From contig CBDCWG010000012.1 of NCBI GenBank assembly GCA_965223345.1, forward strand, positions 2,688,001 to 2,752,000: a DNA stretch of 64,000 nt, written 5' to 3'. The notes below the pieces were generated by a model. That model was not told where the DNA came from, made no database searches, and saw only the letters and a list, made by a program, of their open reading frames with translations. This DNA is from Nitrospinales bacterium. Lineage in GTDB: Bacteria; Nitrospinota; Nitrospinia; Nitrospinales; VA-1. The translations under genes and the position numbers were made by a program. Below, in pieces: positions 49,722 through 59,747 of the stretch (position 1 is its first letter; each line of letters begins with the position of its first letter).

Positions 49722-50156
49722 TCAGTCCGTTTGGGCGATCGTCCTCACGGCGCGGGCGGCTTCGGCGAGGGTCCACAACCCGTCCGGCTGGGTGTGCTCG
49801 CCGGTGCGGATGTTGAACACCCAGGTGCGCTGGCGGCCGGAAACCTGCTGCGCGATCATGGAAAATCCGCCGCCGGGCGAAAAGCAGTCGCTGATGTGCA
49901 CGTCCTTGCCGAATTTGTCCTTGATGCTGAAGGACGGATCGTAAATCGTCGCCATCTCGGCGTGGGTCGGCAGACGCCAGTCTTCGTAGCCCGCGAATTT
50001 CTTCTCGTTGAGGCCGCGCACGTAATCCACGCTTTCCTGATAGTTCACCCACTTTTCCAGATCGTTCATGGAATCGGTGCGGGTCCACATCAGGCCCGAG
50101 TCGCTGTCCGTGACGGTGCCGTCGCCGTTGTCGGTAAAACGTGTTTCTGTTCCCAC
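49722..50156 (-). CDS. DUF1566 (Lcl C-terminal) domain protein
   Basis: [29 protein letters not shown]. Confidence 0.85.
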   Translation of the reverse strand: MGTETRFTDNGDGTVTDSDSGLMWTRTDSMNDLEKWVNYQESVDYVRGLNEKKFAGYEDWRLPTHAEMATIYDPSFSIKDKFGKDVHISDCFSPGGGFSMIAQQVSGRQRTWVFNIRTGEHTQPDGLWTLAEAARAVRTIAQTD

Positions 50157-50391
50157 CGGTTTTGTAAAATGAGAGTGTGCAGCCGTGAAGGGCTGCTTAA
50201 GGTTTTTTGATTGAGCAAGTTATCACTTTTGCGGGCCGGTTTCAAAAGATGTTGCCGGGTTGCCGGCATTCCGTGATTTTGAGGCGGGAAGCCGGGCGGC
50301 GGAAAAACCCCGTTCAATCACCTGAAATTCAAGGCCCTGACTGCTGTGCTACAATCGATTCACTTCTTCCAACGCCCACGAGATTTTGCGC

Positions 50392-50784
50392 ATGAACACC
50401 CCGTCCCTGAAAATCCTGCTCACGCATCTGGAGTGGAACCTGCAGCGGCTGGAAGAGATCCTGAAAAACGAAAAGACCGATTACTACCGCGACGCGGCGC
50501 GGCAGCGCTTCGGCCACGCGTTCGACATGGCGGTCAAGTGCATCGAAGCGCGGGCGGCGGCGGAAGCGAAACCGTTGTCCTCGGCGCAGCAGGGATTTCA
50601 ATGGGCGGCGGAAAACCAGTGGCTGCCGGCGGACGGGCTGAAGGCGATGTGCGCCGATCACGCGGCGCTTGCCGACAAGCAGGGCTCGGCGTCACCCGAT
50701 GCGGTGTTCGCGCAACTGCAAAAATATCTTGCGACCTTCCAGCAACTGCACGCCAACCTGCAGGCTTTAGCGAATCAGGACTGA
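50392..50784 (+). CDS. Nucleotidyltransferase substrate-binding (HI0074/HEPN-like) protein
   Basis: YRDAARQRFGHAFDMAVK resembles the RDxxIQRFExxFExxWK family motif. Confidence 0.65.
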   Translation: MNTPSLKILLTHLEWNLQRLEEILKNEKTDYYRDAARQRFGHAFDMAVKCIEARAAAEAKPLSSAQQGFQWAAENQWLPADGLKAMCADHAALADKQGSASPDAVFAQLQKYLATFQQLHANLQALANQD

Positions 50785-51338
50785 TTTTCGAGCATCGCCT
50801 TCAAAGCCTCGAAGGCTCTTTTGCGATGCGAGATGGCGTTTTTTTCCGAGGCCGTCATCTCGGCATAGGTGCGGTCGTGGCTTTCGGGTAAAAACAGCAC
50901 GTCCCAGCCGAAACCGTTGCTGCCGCGCAGCTCTCTCGCCACCTGCCCCTGCACTTCCCCGCGCGCGACGTGCATGCGTTCGCCGTCGTGCAGCGCCACG
51001 AAGCATTGGGCGCGCGCGCCGCGGTTCTCGAAACCTGCGAGCATCTTCAGCATGCCGGCGCAGCCTGTGGTCTTTTCGAACCATTTCACCAGCGCCCCCG
51101 GCAGCCCGTCCCAGGCGTCGAACACCAGACCGGAGTCCTCGACCAGAACGGGGGTTTTGAGCGCCGCGTAGGCCTGTTTGCATTTGTCGCGCACGCTCTG
51201 CTCCACATCCACGGTCTGGATTTCGGGCAGGTCTCCCAGGTCCACCTGTTCGAGCTCGATGCCGAGGATTTCTTTGGCTTCCCGCACTTTATTGGGATTG
51301 CCGGTGACGAATTTGACCTGGCTCCAGTGTGACGGCAT
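50775..51338 (-). CDS. rdgB: Non-canonical purine NTP pyrophosphatase (Ham1/RdgB)
   Basis: TGNPNKVRE, EDSGL, LPG, GFGWD, KNAISHR. Confidence 0.93.
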   Translation of the reverse strand: MPSHWSQVKFVTGNPNKVREAKEILGIELEQVDLGDLPEIQTVDVEQSVRDKCKQAYAALKTPVLVEDSGLVFDAWDGLPGALVKWFEKTTGCAGMLKMLAGFENRGARAQCFVALHDGERMHVARGEVQGQVARELRGSNGFGWDVLFLPESHDRTYAEMTASEKNAISHRKRAFEALKAMLENQS

Positions 51339-51474
51339 GATTTCCTTTCCTTGCGGCCCTGAATTTGATAGGGCTTTGGGGGCCCGCAGGCTTGTGGGAG
51401 TCGCCTTGCACTGCCCCGTCTCCTGTGCTATATAGTTGAACCCTTAATAATCAAATAATTACTTCTCCGAATTC

Positions 51475-52266
51475 ATGATTTCGCCTCGAATGCTGCGTTT
51501 TGTCTGTCTGTTGGCCGTGTTGCCGTTTCTTTCCGGTTGTTTTGATATTTTCGAGCACGATTCCGATGTGCAGGCGCGGCAGGCGCTGAAAGATCTCATC
51601 GCGCTGCAGGATCAGGTCTATAAAGAAAAAGGCCGTTACGCGCAAAACCTGCTTGAGCTGGAAAAGCTCGGTCTAAAATATCACACCGGCATCGTGTATA
51701 TGGAGATCGAAATGGCCCGCAAGGACAAGTACCGGGCGATTTCCCTGCCGGCGGAGTCCACGACGGCGCGCGTGTTCGCCTACGACACGGAACAGGGCGG
51801 CTACTACGAAATGGACGAGGAGGAGGTGTCGCGCTATGTGCTCGGCGCTCTCATTCACATTCGCGGCGAGCAGTTCCTGAAGCGCATGAACGACCTGGTG
51901 GCGGCGGCTCTGATCGGTCTGTCGCTGGTGCTGGTCCTCCGTCTGTTCTTCCGTTACAGGGAGCCGGACTACCGCAAGGTGTTCGTGGCGTTTTTCCTCA
52001 GCATGGTGCCGATTGTGTGGGCGGTGATGGCGCTCAACCACATGGATGAGGACACCGTGATCACGCAGACGATCATCGTGATGACGGGAATCGCGTTCGT
52101 GTGCGCCGTGGTGAGCCTGATCCTGGCGGTGAACTGGTTCCTGCACCGCAACACCGCCGACATCCCCCCTACTCTGCTGGCGCTGCTCGGCACCACCTGC
52201 GTGGTGGCGCTGTTTTCCGGCGCGGTGATGCTGCAGATCTACAATACGTACTATTTCAACACGTAA
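51475..52266 (+). CDS. Lipoprotein-signal membrane protein with several C-terminal TM helices
   Basis: Lipobox FLSGC; about four hydrophobic helices in the C-terminal half. Confidence 0.7.
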   Translation: MISPRMLRFVCLLAVLPFLSGCFDIFEHDSDVQARQALKDLIALQDQVYKEKGRYAQNLLELEKLGLKYHTGIVYMEIEMARKDKYRAISLPAESTTARVFAYDTEQGGYYEMDEEEVSRYVLGALIHIRGEQFLKRMNDLVAAALIGLSLVLVLRLFFRYREPDYRKVFVAFFLSMVPIVWAVMALNHMDEDTVITQTIIVMTGIAFVCAVVSLILAVNWFLHRNTADIPPTLLALLGTTCVVALFSGAVMLQIYNTYYFNT

Positions 52267-52300
52267 TCGGCACGGCGAGTCGCATCGACTGAGTACTCTT

Positions 52301-52381
52301 TCACCCTTCGGCCTTCGACGCACTCAGGCCAAGCTCTGTCGAGGGGCAACAAAGTCATGCTTCGACAGGCTCAGCATGACA
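52301..52381. repeat. Compound REP-like element, copy 3
   Basis: Degenerate unit with an internal GCCTTCGACGCACTCAGGC, then GCTTCGACAGGCTCAGCATGACA. Confidence 0.75.
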
Positions 52382-52403
52382 GTTTTGGGGTTGTTTTACG
52401 TGA

Positions 52404-53252
52404 TCAGACGAGATGGATGGTGACGACGTGGCTTGAGGGGGCAACGCCCGGGCTGCGGCCGCCGGACTTGAGCACGAAGCTTTCCTTGTCTTTGGTTTTG
52501 CGCGGCAGGATGAACTTGATCGGGCCGTCCACCGAGTTGAGCGTCATGATGCGGGTGTGCGCCACTTCCTCTTTCGGGACGTTCATGTCGTAAAAGAACA
52601 GCGTGTCCCCCGCATCGACCTGGTTGGAACCGGCCACGCGGATGTTGAGGATCAGGTCGCCGCGTTTTTTGCCGATCAGGCTGGACTCGCCCCGCTCGGG
52701 AATCTTCATGGACATGCGCGTCCAGTTGCCGGAGGGGATCTTCACTTCGAACCGCTCCCGCCCCTGCCGCATGCGCAGGCAGCCGCCTTTGGCCGCGAAC
52801 GCGGCATTCACGCGGATCTGTTTGTGCACGTCGAGGAGAAACAGTTTGCGCTCGCAGTTTATGAGCGCGACCCGCGCCCGGCGCGCGAAGCCCTGCAGGG
52901 CGTCTCCGAATTCCCGCAGTCTTGCAGGCAGATCGAACGGAACCTCCTGCGAGTTTTTTTCTTCTTCAACCGCTTCCGGAGTCACCACCACGGCGAGGGG
53001 CGTCGGCTCGCCGGTTTCGACTCTGGCTTCGGCGACGGCGCTGCTCTTGTAGCGGGCTTCCAGAACCTGGAACGCCAGGGTGATCTCCTTGAGCTTTTCC
53101 TCGTATTTGTGGTTGCCGGGGTGGATATCGGGATGGTAGCGCTTGGCCAGGGCGTGGTAGGCCTTTTTGACGGAATCCCATTGCTCGTCCTGGGAGACTC
53201 TCAGGATCCGGTAACAATCCGCTATTCTCAGTGTCGCTGAATGATTCATCAT
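52404..53252 (-). CDS. J-domain protein (CbpA/DnaJ-like, no Zn finger)
   Basis: KKAYHALAKRYHPD; C-terminal KIPERGE...RGDLIL. Confidence 0.82.
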   Translation of the reverse strand: MMNHSATLRIADCYRILRVSQDEQWDSVKKAYHALAKRYHPDIHPGNHKYEEKLKEITLAFQVLEARYKSSAVAEARVETGEPTPLAVVVTPEAVEEEKNSQEVPFDLPARLREFGDALQGFARRARVALINCERKLFLLDVHKQIRVNAAFAAKGGCLRMRQGRERFEVKIPSGNWTRMSMKIPERGESSLIGKKRGDLILNIRVAGSNQVDAGDTLFFYDMNVPKEEVAHTRIMTLNSVDGPIKFILPRKTKDKESFVLKSGGRSPGVAPSSHVVTIHLV

Positions 53253-53585
53253 CTATACGGTCGGAGATTTTGATGCTATATTCTCAACACCGGAGCCCGA
53301 ACCCGCCCGGGACCACCAGAGATCTTTCCCGGGATTCGGGCCCTCTCCGATGGGAAACCGCGCTGCCGTTTCCGGGCCCGCATGCGTATTGCACATTGAT
53401 AGAACGGGTTTTGTAAATATCTCCATGCCAATAATACTCTCATTGCAAGTCGATTCAAATGAAATTTTTTCGCGCCGGCCGTTGCGGTTTTTACCACGAG
53501 GCCGCACTTTTTTTGACAACGCAGCATCAGTGCGGGACGGTAACAGGATGAGCCTGCCAACAGCGGGCGGGAAAGCCGGGTTGCG

Positions 53586-54608
53586 ATGGAAAATCTGATC
53601 GGCACATCCGAAGCGCGTTTGCGCGAAGCGTTCGCGCAATGGGGCGAGAAACCGTACCGGGTGCATCAGGTGTTCAACTGGGTGTACCACTACGGCGTGC
53701 GGGATTTTTCCCGCATGACCAATCTCTCGAAAGCGCTGCGGCAAAAACTCAACGAACATTTCCGGTTCTACCTCCCCAAAGTCGAAGAGCGCGTGGTTTC
53801 CAGCGACGGTTCGATCAAGTACCTGTTCGCGCTGGAGGACGGCAACGTGATCGAAAGCATCTGGATGCCGGCCGGGCCGCGCAAGACGCTGTGTATTTCA
53901 ACGCAGGCGGGCTGCCGGCTGGCCTGCTCGTTCTGTAATACGGCGACGCTGGGCCTCAAACGCAACCTGACGGCGGGCGAGATCCTGGGGCAGTTTCTCG
54001 TGATCAACGAAGATCTGGATGAGGCGGACCGCATCACCAACGTGGTGATCATGGGCATGGGCGAGCCGCTGGACAACTACGCGTCCCTGGTGGATGCGGT
54101 GCGGCTGATGGTGTCGCCGGAAGCGATGCGCATCTCGACGCGCAAGATCACTGTGTCCACCTCCGGGCTGGTGGACCGCATCGAGGATTTCAAGAACGAG
54201 AACCTGCACGTCAACCTCGCCATCTCGCTCAACGCCACGGAAAACGCCACGCGCGATGCGATCATGCCGATCAACAAGAAGTACCCGATCGAAATCCTGC
54301 TTGACTGTTTGCGGAGCTATCCGTTAAAACCTACCCGGCGTTTGACGTTCGAATACGTGCTCCTCGACGGGATCAACGACAGCGACGCGGACGCCCGGCG
54401 GCTGGCCCGTCTGCTTCGAGGCATTCCCAGCAAGATCAATCTGATCCCTTTCAACCCACATGCTGGAAACGGCTACCGCCCGCCGAGCGGGGAGAGAATC
54501 GCCGCATTTCAAAACCACCTGATCGCGAAGCATTATTCGGTCTTCGTGCGGAAAAACCGCGGCGCCGACGTCCTGGGCGCCTGCGGACAGCTCGCGGCCC
54601 AGAACTGA
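53586..54608 (+). CDS. rlmN: 23S rRNA m2A2503/tRNA methyltransferase RlmN
   Basis: CISTQAGCRLACSFC, MGMGEP, ACGQL. Confidence 0.96.
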   Translation: MENLIGTSEARLREAFAQWGEKPYRVHQVFNWVYHYGVRDFSRMTNLSKALRQKLNEHFRFYLPKVEERVVSSDGSIKYLFALEDGNVIESIWMPAGPRKTLCISTQAGCRLACSFCNTATLGLKRNLTAGEILGQFLVINEDLDEADRITNVVIMGMGEPLDNYASLVDAVRLMVSPEAMRISTRKITVSTSGLVDRIEDFKNENLHVNLAISLNATENATRDAIMPINKKYPIEILLDCLRSYPLKPTRRLTFEYVLLDGINDSDADARRLARLLRGIPSKINLIPFNPHAGNGYRPPSGERIAAFQNHLIAKHYSVFVRKNRGADVLGACGQLAAQN

Positions 54609-54652
54609 TCTCACCTGCACATCCGCCAACTCCGAATCCGAGGATTCCATTC

Positions 54653-55393
54653 ATGACCGCTGGACACGAAAACAACCGCTCTCCGCTGGACCTTTCCGTC
54701 GTCATCCCCGTTTACAACGAGCGGGAAAGCCTGGTTCTGCTCGAAGAGGAGCTGGGCAAAAGCCTCAACAAGCTGAGCATGAGCCACGAGATCATCTTCG
54801 TGGACGACGGCAGCCTGGACGGAAGCAGCACGCTGATCCGCAAGATGAAGGAATACAACCCGCACATCCGCCTTTTGCGCTTTGCGTCCAACAGCGGGCA
54901 GACCGCGGCATTCGCGGCCGGGTTCAAAGCTGCGCGCGGCGATGTGGTGCTGACCATGGACGCGGATCTGCAAAACGATCCCGCCGACATCCCGGTGCTG
55001 CTGGAAGGCATCCGCGACCACGACGCGGTGTGCGGCTGGCGGCACAAGCGCAACGATCCCTGGATCAAAAAAATATCTTCAAAGATCGCCAATTTCGTCC
55101 GCAACAAATTGAGTGAGGAGTCGATCGCCGACACGGGCTGTTCGCTCAAGGCGTTCCGCAGGGAGTGCCTGCAGAACATCCGCCTGTACAACGGAATGCA
55201 CCGGTTTTTCCCGACGCTGTTGAAGATGGAAGGCTTCAAGGTGGCTCAGGTGAAGGTGAACCACCACCCGCGGCTGCACGGGCAGTCCAAGTACAACATC
55301 AGCAACCGGCTGTTCTCTTCTTTCATGGATCTTCTGGCGGTGCGGTGGATGAAAAAAAGAAAAATGCAGTTTCAAATCGTTGAGGAGGATTAG
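54653..55393 (+). CDS. GT2 polyprenol-phosphate glycosyltransferase (ArnC/Dpm1-like)
   Basis: VIPVYNE, VDDGS, MDADLQNDP, DTGCSLKAFR, MHRF. Confidence 0.9.
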   Translation: MTAGHENNRSPLDLSVVIPVYNERESLVLLEEELGKSLNKLSMSHEIIFVDDGSLDGSSTLIRKMKEYNPHIRLLRFASNSGQTAAFAAGFKAARGDVVLTMDADLQNDPADIPVLLEGIRDHDAVCGWRHKRNDPWIKKISSKIANFVRNKLSEESIADTGCSLKAFRRECLQNIRLYNGMHRFFPTLLKMEGFKVAQVKVNHHPRLHGQSKYNISNRLFSSFMDLLAVRWMKKRKMQFQIVEED

Positions 55394-55684
55394 ATGAGTC
55401 TGACCCCGTGGGTGATCATCGGCCTTATCGGCCAGGCCTGCTTTTTCATGCGGTTTTTTATCCAGTGGATCGTTTCCGAAAGAAAGGGAGAGAGCACGAT
55501 CCCGCTGCAGTTCTGGTATTTCAGCATCGGCGGCAGTCTGATCCTGCTGTCTTACGCCATTCACAGGCAGGACCCGGTGTTCATACTCGGCCAGAGCGTG
55601 GGCTCGGTGATTTACGTACGCAATCTCATTCTCATCGCCCGCAAGAAAAAAGCCCTGCAGCTGGAGGCGCTGGAAAATGACTGA
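55394..55684 (+). CDS. Lipid A biosynthesis N-terminal (LAB_N) domain membrane protein
   Basis: GQACFFMRFFIQW..SERKGES.IP..FW, DPVFILGQ, IYVRNL. Confidence 0.88.
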   Translation: MSLTPWVIIGLIGQACFFMRFFIQWIVSERKGESTIPLQFWYFSIGGSLILLSYAIHRQDPVFILGQSVGSVIYVRNLILIARKKKALQLEALEND

Positions 55685-55892
55685 GTGGACCCTGCGGCTT
55701 GCGGGTCTCGCTTCCCTCGTGCTGGGCGGCGTGCTGTTCGTCGTGGCGGTGAAATACATCCCTTCCGAATGGCCGCAGATTTTCGTCGGCGTGCTGTCGG
55801 TTTTCCTGGCCTCGGTGGGCTTCGGCGTGCTGATCATGCCGATGGAACCCCCCGGCGCCGGATCTTCCGGAGACGATCTCCCCAAAACCTGA
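55677..55892 (+). CDS. Small two-TM protein
   Basis: Overlaps the upstream stop codon; two hydrophobic helices. Confidence 0.6.
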   Translation: MTEWTLRLAGLASLVLGGVLFVVAVKYIPSEWPQIFVGVLSVFLASVGFGVLIMPMEPPGAGSSGDDLPKT

Positions 55893-56231
55893 CCCGGCTC
55901 TCCCCACCCATCCCCGCTTTCGGCAAAACCGCGTAAACTCCTGTAAAATGAACGATTTCTAATTTCCTTGACATTACAAAACCCGTATGATATTTCTCTA
56001 CACTCCTAAAATATGGCCTGCTCAATTGTTGTTGTTTTTTAGCCATTTATTAATCAATCAATTACAGCTTCAGCTGTTTTGCATAGACAAAATTGACTGT
56101 TCGGATCTGGCGAGAGATCTCATTGTATTTTCAGGATCTTTCGCCAATTTCTTTCCCGGCGGGTAGAATTTATTCGCGCGAAAGGCATGCAGGATCCTCA
56201 CCCATCATCCGGCTCAACGAGGGAGACCTCA

Positions 56232-58379
56232 ATGGAACGCAAGAACAACCCGTCGCAACGATCGTTTTTCATCAAATCGATTTTCACCTTCCTTCTCATT
56301 TTTGGCCTCGTCCATCTGGCACCCACTTCGCTGGTCCCTTCGTTTTTTGAATCCAATCTGACAACCTGGAACGGTCCCGCAAAAGCCTGGGCGCAGGATG
56401 AGGAAGAGGATTTCGGAGACTTTGAAGAAGGCGGCGACGATTTCGGCGAAGTTGACGAAGAGGATGAATTCGGCGAGATCGACGAAGGTGAAGAAGGTGA
56501 AGGGGAAGGCGAAGAAGGCGAAGCGGCGGAAGAGGAAGACGAATCCTGGAAAACCGACATCGGCCTCGCCAAGGAGCACGAATTCGAGCCTTACTCCTTC
56601 ATGGGGCTCAGCAACCGCAAGTTCACCTGGGCCGCGGCGCAGCTGCATATTCTGTTCGCCTCGTTCATCCTGGGCTGTCCCATGTTCGTCGTCATCATGG
56701 AGGTCATGGGCGCGCGGCGCACGCAGGGTGTGCGCAAAGCCATCGTTTTGTCGAACGTGTTTCTCGGCGTTCTCATCGGCGTGACCATCGGCATCACCGG
56801 CGAGATCATCATCGGCATCCATCACGGCGTGTTATTCGGCATGTGGGCCTGTGCCTTCGGGGCGTTGTTCGTCAGCTTCATGAACTACTTCCACAAGCTG
56901 ATGAACGTGACCGCCTCCACCATCGTCGGCGGTATTCTCGGGGCGGCCATGGCGATCCCGCTGACGCCGGTCGAGCACTACGAGGTTTCCGGGATCATCC
57001 TGGCGATCATCAACGGCATGGTCGGCGGTCTGCTGTCGAATCTCATCATGTTCGCCAAAGGCGATTTCAAGTTCGAGCGCCTGGCGCATGAGATCACCAA
57101 AGTCATCGGCATCTGTTACAGCTTCACCGCGCTGACCGGAGGCCTGTTCCTGCTGGTGATGCTGGTGCTGTATCAGGATTTCATCACCTATCTGGTCGCG
57201 ACCTTCCCGGTCCTGTTCCTGGTGGCTTACCCGACGCTGTTCATCCTGGAAACGATCGTGATGTACATCTACGTCTATTCCTGGGATCCGCTCAACCAGT
57301 CGAACAAGAAGGGCCGCCACATCGTGACCGGGGTGTTTCTCAACGTGCTCGGCCTGACGCTGCTCTGCGCGCTGGACGGTCCGGCGACTTACATGCAGAC
57401 GCCGCCGGTGCCGCTCAACGAGCTGCAGAACACCAACGAGTGGCAGCGCATCGCCACCTCCACCTGGATGCCGCTCAACTACCACCGCCTGGTCGGCAAC
57501 GGCACCTTCGGCGGATACATGGTGGGCATTATCGGCGCGTACATGTACCTGTGGTCCACCAAGCGGGAAGAGAAGGAGTATTACGACTGGGTGGGATACA
57601 TGGGCAACATCATCGGCGTGGGCATCATGATCCCGCTGCCGGCGATGGGCTACATTTTCGTCCGCGAGATCTACCAGTACGACGCCACCATCGGCATGTA
57701 CATCATGTCCGACCGCGAATCGATGTTCATGCTGGTGCAGGGGCTTCTCGTGGGCACCATGTTCAGCGCCAGTAATATATACATGTGGGTCAGTATGAAG
57801 CGCATCGAGAACGCGGAACGGTTCTTTCCAGCGATGAAGTTCGGCTTCATATTGATCGTCATATCGGCGGCGATCTGGTTCACACCGCGGCGCTTCTTCG
57901 CCACGATGATGCCGGAGCCGGGAATGAACGACGCGATGGTGCTGCCGGACGATTTGGCGTTCATGGCGCTCATGGTGGCGAAGAACACGGCGGCGTTCGC
58001 TCTGGTGACGGTGACGTTGATCAACTACATCTTCTACACCATCGCCACACGCACCGGCAAAGTGCATTACGGCAAGATCAATCCCCTGGGCGTGTACGTT
58101 CTCATCTTCCTGGGATTCGCCGACATCTGGCTTATGAGCTGGATGGGAACGATCCGCGAACTTTCACGCATGAACTGGCACATCTACAAGGTCTTCAAGG
58201 ACGTGACGCCGGAGAAATTCACGCCGACGCTGGCGGAATCCGGGTTCCACGTCACGACCATCGTGTGGACCTTTTTCATCATCATGACAGCCATCATCTG
58301 GCTCGGCATCAAGTATCCAAAAACCAAGAAAAAGCCGGCAACCGTCCCGGCTTCCACAACCCCGCAGATGGCGGAATGA
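56232..58379 (+). CDS. Cytochrome bd-like oxidase subunit I (CydA-like)
   Basis: QLHILFASFILG, NYHRLVGN, RELSRMNWHIY; many TM helices; acidic N-terminal linker. Confidence 0.8.
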   Translation: MERKNNPSQRSFFIKSIFTFLLIFGLVHLAPTSLVPSFFESNLTTWNGPAKAWAQDEEEDFGDFEEGGDDFGEVDEEDEFGEIDEGEEGEGEGEEGEAAEEEDESWKTDIGLAKEHEFEPYSFMGLSNRKFTWAAAQLHILFASFILGCPMFVVIMEVMGARRTQGVRKAIVLSNVFLGVLIGVTIGITGEIIIGIHHGVLFGMWACAFGALFVSFMNYFHKLMNVTASTIVGGILGAAMAIPLTPVEHYEVSGIILAIINGMVGGLLSNLIMFAKGDFKFERLAHEITKVIGICYSFTALTGGLFLLVMLVLYQDFITYLVATFPVLFLVAYPTLFILETIVMYIYVYSWDPLNQSNKKGRHIVTGVFLNVLGLTLLCALDGPATYMQTPPVPLNELQNTNEWQRIATSTWMPLNYHRLVGNGTFGGYMVGIIGAYMYLWSTKREEKEYYDWVGYMGNIIGVGIMIPLPAMGYIFVREIYQYDATIGMYIMSDRESMFMLVQGLLVGTMFSASNIYMWVSMKRIENAERFFPAMKFGFILIVISAAIWFTPRRFFATMMPEPGMNDAMVLPDDLAFMALMVAKNTAAFALVTVTLINYIFYTIATRTGKVHYGKINPLGVYVLIFLGFADIWLMSWMGTIRELSRMNWHIYKVFKDVTPEKFTPTLAESGFHVTTIVWTFFIIMTAIIWLGIKYPKTKKKPATVPASTTPQMAE

Positions 58380-58396
58380 GTTCTTAGGAGCGAGGA

Positions 58397-59692
58397 ATGC
58401 AGGAGAAATCATTTGGTAAAAAATTCGGAATGATCTTTGCCGGCGCCGTCGGGCTGAGTCTGCTCATCTGGTTCGGGCTGGGAGCAATGGGAGTGGGCGT
58501 GGTCGTGCTGCAGCGCCTGGTCGGCATCGTGTTCGTCATCGCTATCTATGCCGCTTTGCTCGCCCTGCCGAAGGGAAGCGCAAAGGAAAAATCCCTGTTT
58601 CAGAATCTGAAGTGGAAGATTCCCATCATCGCGGTGATCTCCGTCATCGTCTGGTTTGCGGCCGGGAAAATGGGTTTCCCCATCTGGTGGCAGATCGAAT
58701 TCGTCGCTTTTGCGCTGGTGGGCCTGTTCTATTTCGTGCTGCTCGACTGGAAGAGTCTCAAACCGGAAAAAAGCCAGTGGCACTCTACCTTTCGCCTGAT
58801 CATGACCTATGCCTTTGCATCGGTGCTGTTTATCGTCATCACCGCGCAACTGCCGCAGTTCGATCCGGCGTATGAAATCGCCAAGCTGGACAAGCCGCCG
58901 CGAAAGCTCGATGATGTGGCCGGGCCGGAGTTGATCGCCGCGGGGCGGGAAATTTTCGAAGAAAATAAATGCTTCAACTGTCACAAGGTGTTCTGGGAAG
59001 GCAACTCCGACCGCGGCCCCAATCTGGGCACGAAACAGGTCGGTCTTTATTCTTCGGACTACCTCATCGAACAGATCGTCGAACCGAGAAAGACCCAGTC
59101 GCCGGGCTTCGAAGACCCCAAATCGAAAAAAGCCATGCCGACCTATTACGGCGACGATCTCGATGAGGGCATGCTGAAAGCCCTGGTGGCCTATCTCAAG
59201 ACCATGCGCGACCCGACCAACGTCCCGGTTGAGGGCAAACTGGGCAGTCAGTGGACCTGGTGGGACGATCCCAAGATCATCGAGGAAGGCAAGGTCGTGT
59301 TCGAGGGTCTGGAGCCCGCCACGGAGGGCCTCAACTGTGCGGTCTGCCACGGCAAGGACGGCATCCCCATGATGACCGGGGCGCTCGATTTTCGTAACGG
59401 CGACCAACCGGACACCGACAAGATGCCGGACCACCTGGCAGGTGTGATGCTGAAAGACTGGCCGGATGGGTTGTGGTACAAGCGGGTGACCCGCGGTGTG
59501 GACGGCACTCCGATGGCGCCCTGGGGCGCGATGTTCCCGCACCTGTACCTCTGGAAGGCGGAGGTCTACGCCCGCACCTTCCACGATCCGCTTGAAAAAC
59601 GCACAAACAAGCGTCCTGTTCCGCCGATTCCCACCAAAGAGGAAATCGAAAAGTGGAAGGCCGACGGGTTGTTCATGGATCCGCTGCTGTAA
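58397..59692 (+). CDS. Membrane-anchored diheme cytochrome c
   Basis: About five N-terminal TM helices; CFNCH...AMP and CAVCH...PMAPW. Confidence 0.88.
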   Translation: MQEKSFGKKFGMIFAGAVGLSLLIWFGLGAMGVGVVVLQRLVGIVFVIAIYAALLALPKGSAKEKSLFQNLKWKIPIIAVISVIVWFAAGKMGFPIWWQIEFVAFALVGLFYFVLLDWKSLKPEKSQWHSTFRLIMTYAFASVLFIVITAQLPQFDPAYEIAKLDKPPRKLDDVAGPELIAAGREIFEENKCFNCHKVFWEGNSDRGPNLGTKQVGLYSSDYLIEQIVEPRKTQSPGFEDPKSKKAMPTYYGDDLDEGMLKALVAYLKTMRDPTNVPVEGKLGSQWTWWDDPKIIEEGKVVFEGLEPATEGLNCAVCHGKDGIPMMTGALDFRNGDQPDTDKMPDHLAGVMLKDWPDGLWYKRVTRGVDGTPMAPWGAMFPHLYLWKAEVYARTFHDPLEKRTNKRPVPPIPTKEEIEKWKADGLFMDPLL

Positions 59693-59717
59693 AGGGGGTT
59701 TGAGCGAAGCAGTTTAT

Positions 59718-59747
59718 AAACCGGCTCCTGCGGGAGCCGGTTTTTTT
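59718..59747 (+). terminator. Intrinsic terminator
   Basis: AAACCGGCTCC-TGCG-GGAGCCGG-TTTTTTT. Confidence 0.88.

Noticed and set aside
53428..53446. Possible Fur box between the J-domain gene and rlmN
   Set aside because: Spacing is one base short of 7-1-7, with several mismatches and no iron-related target.
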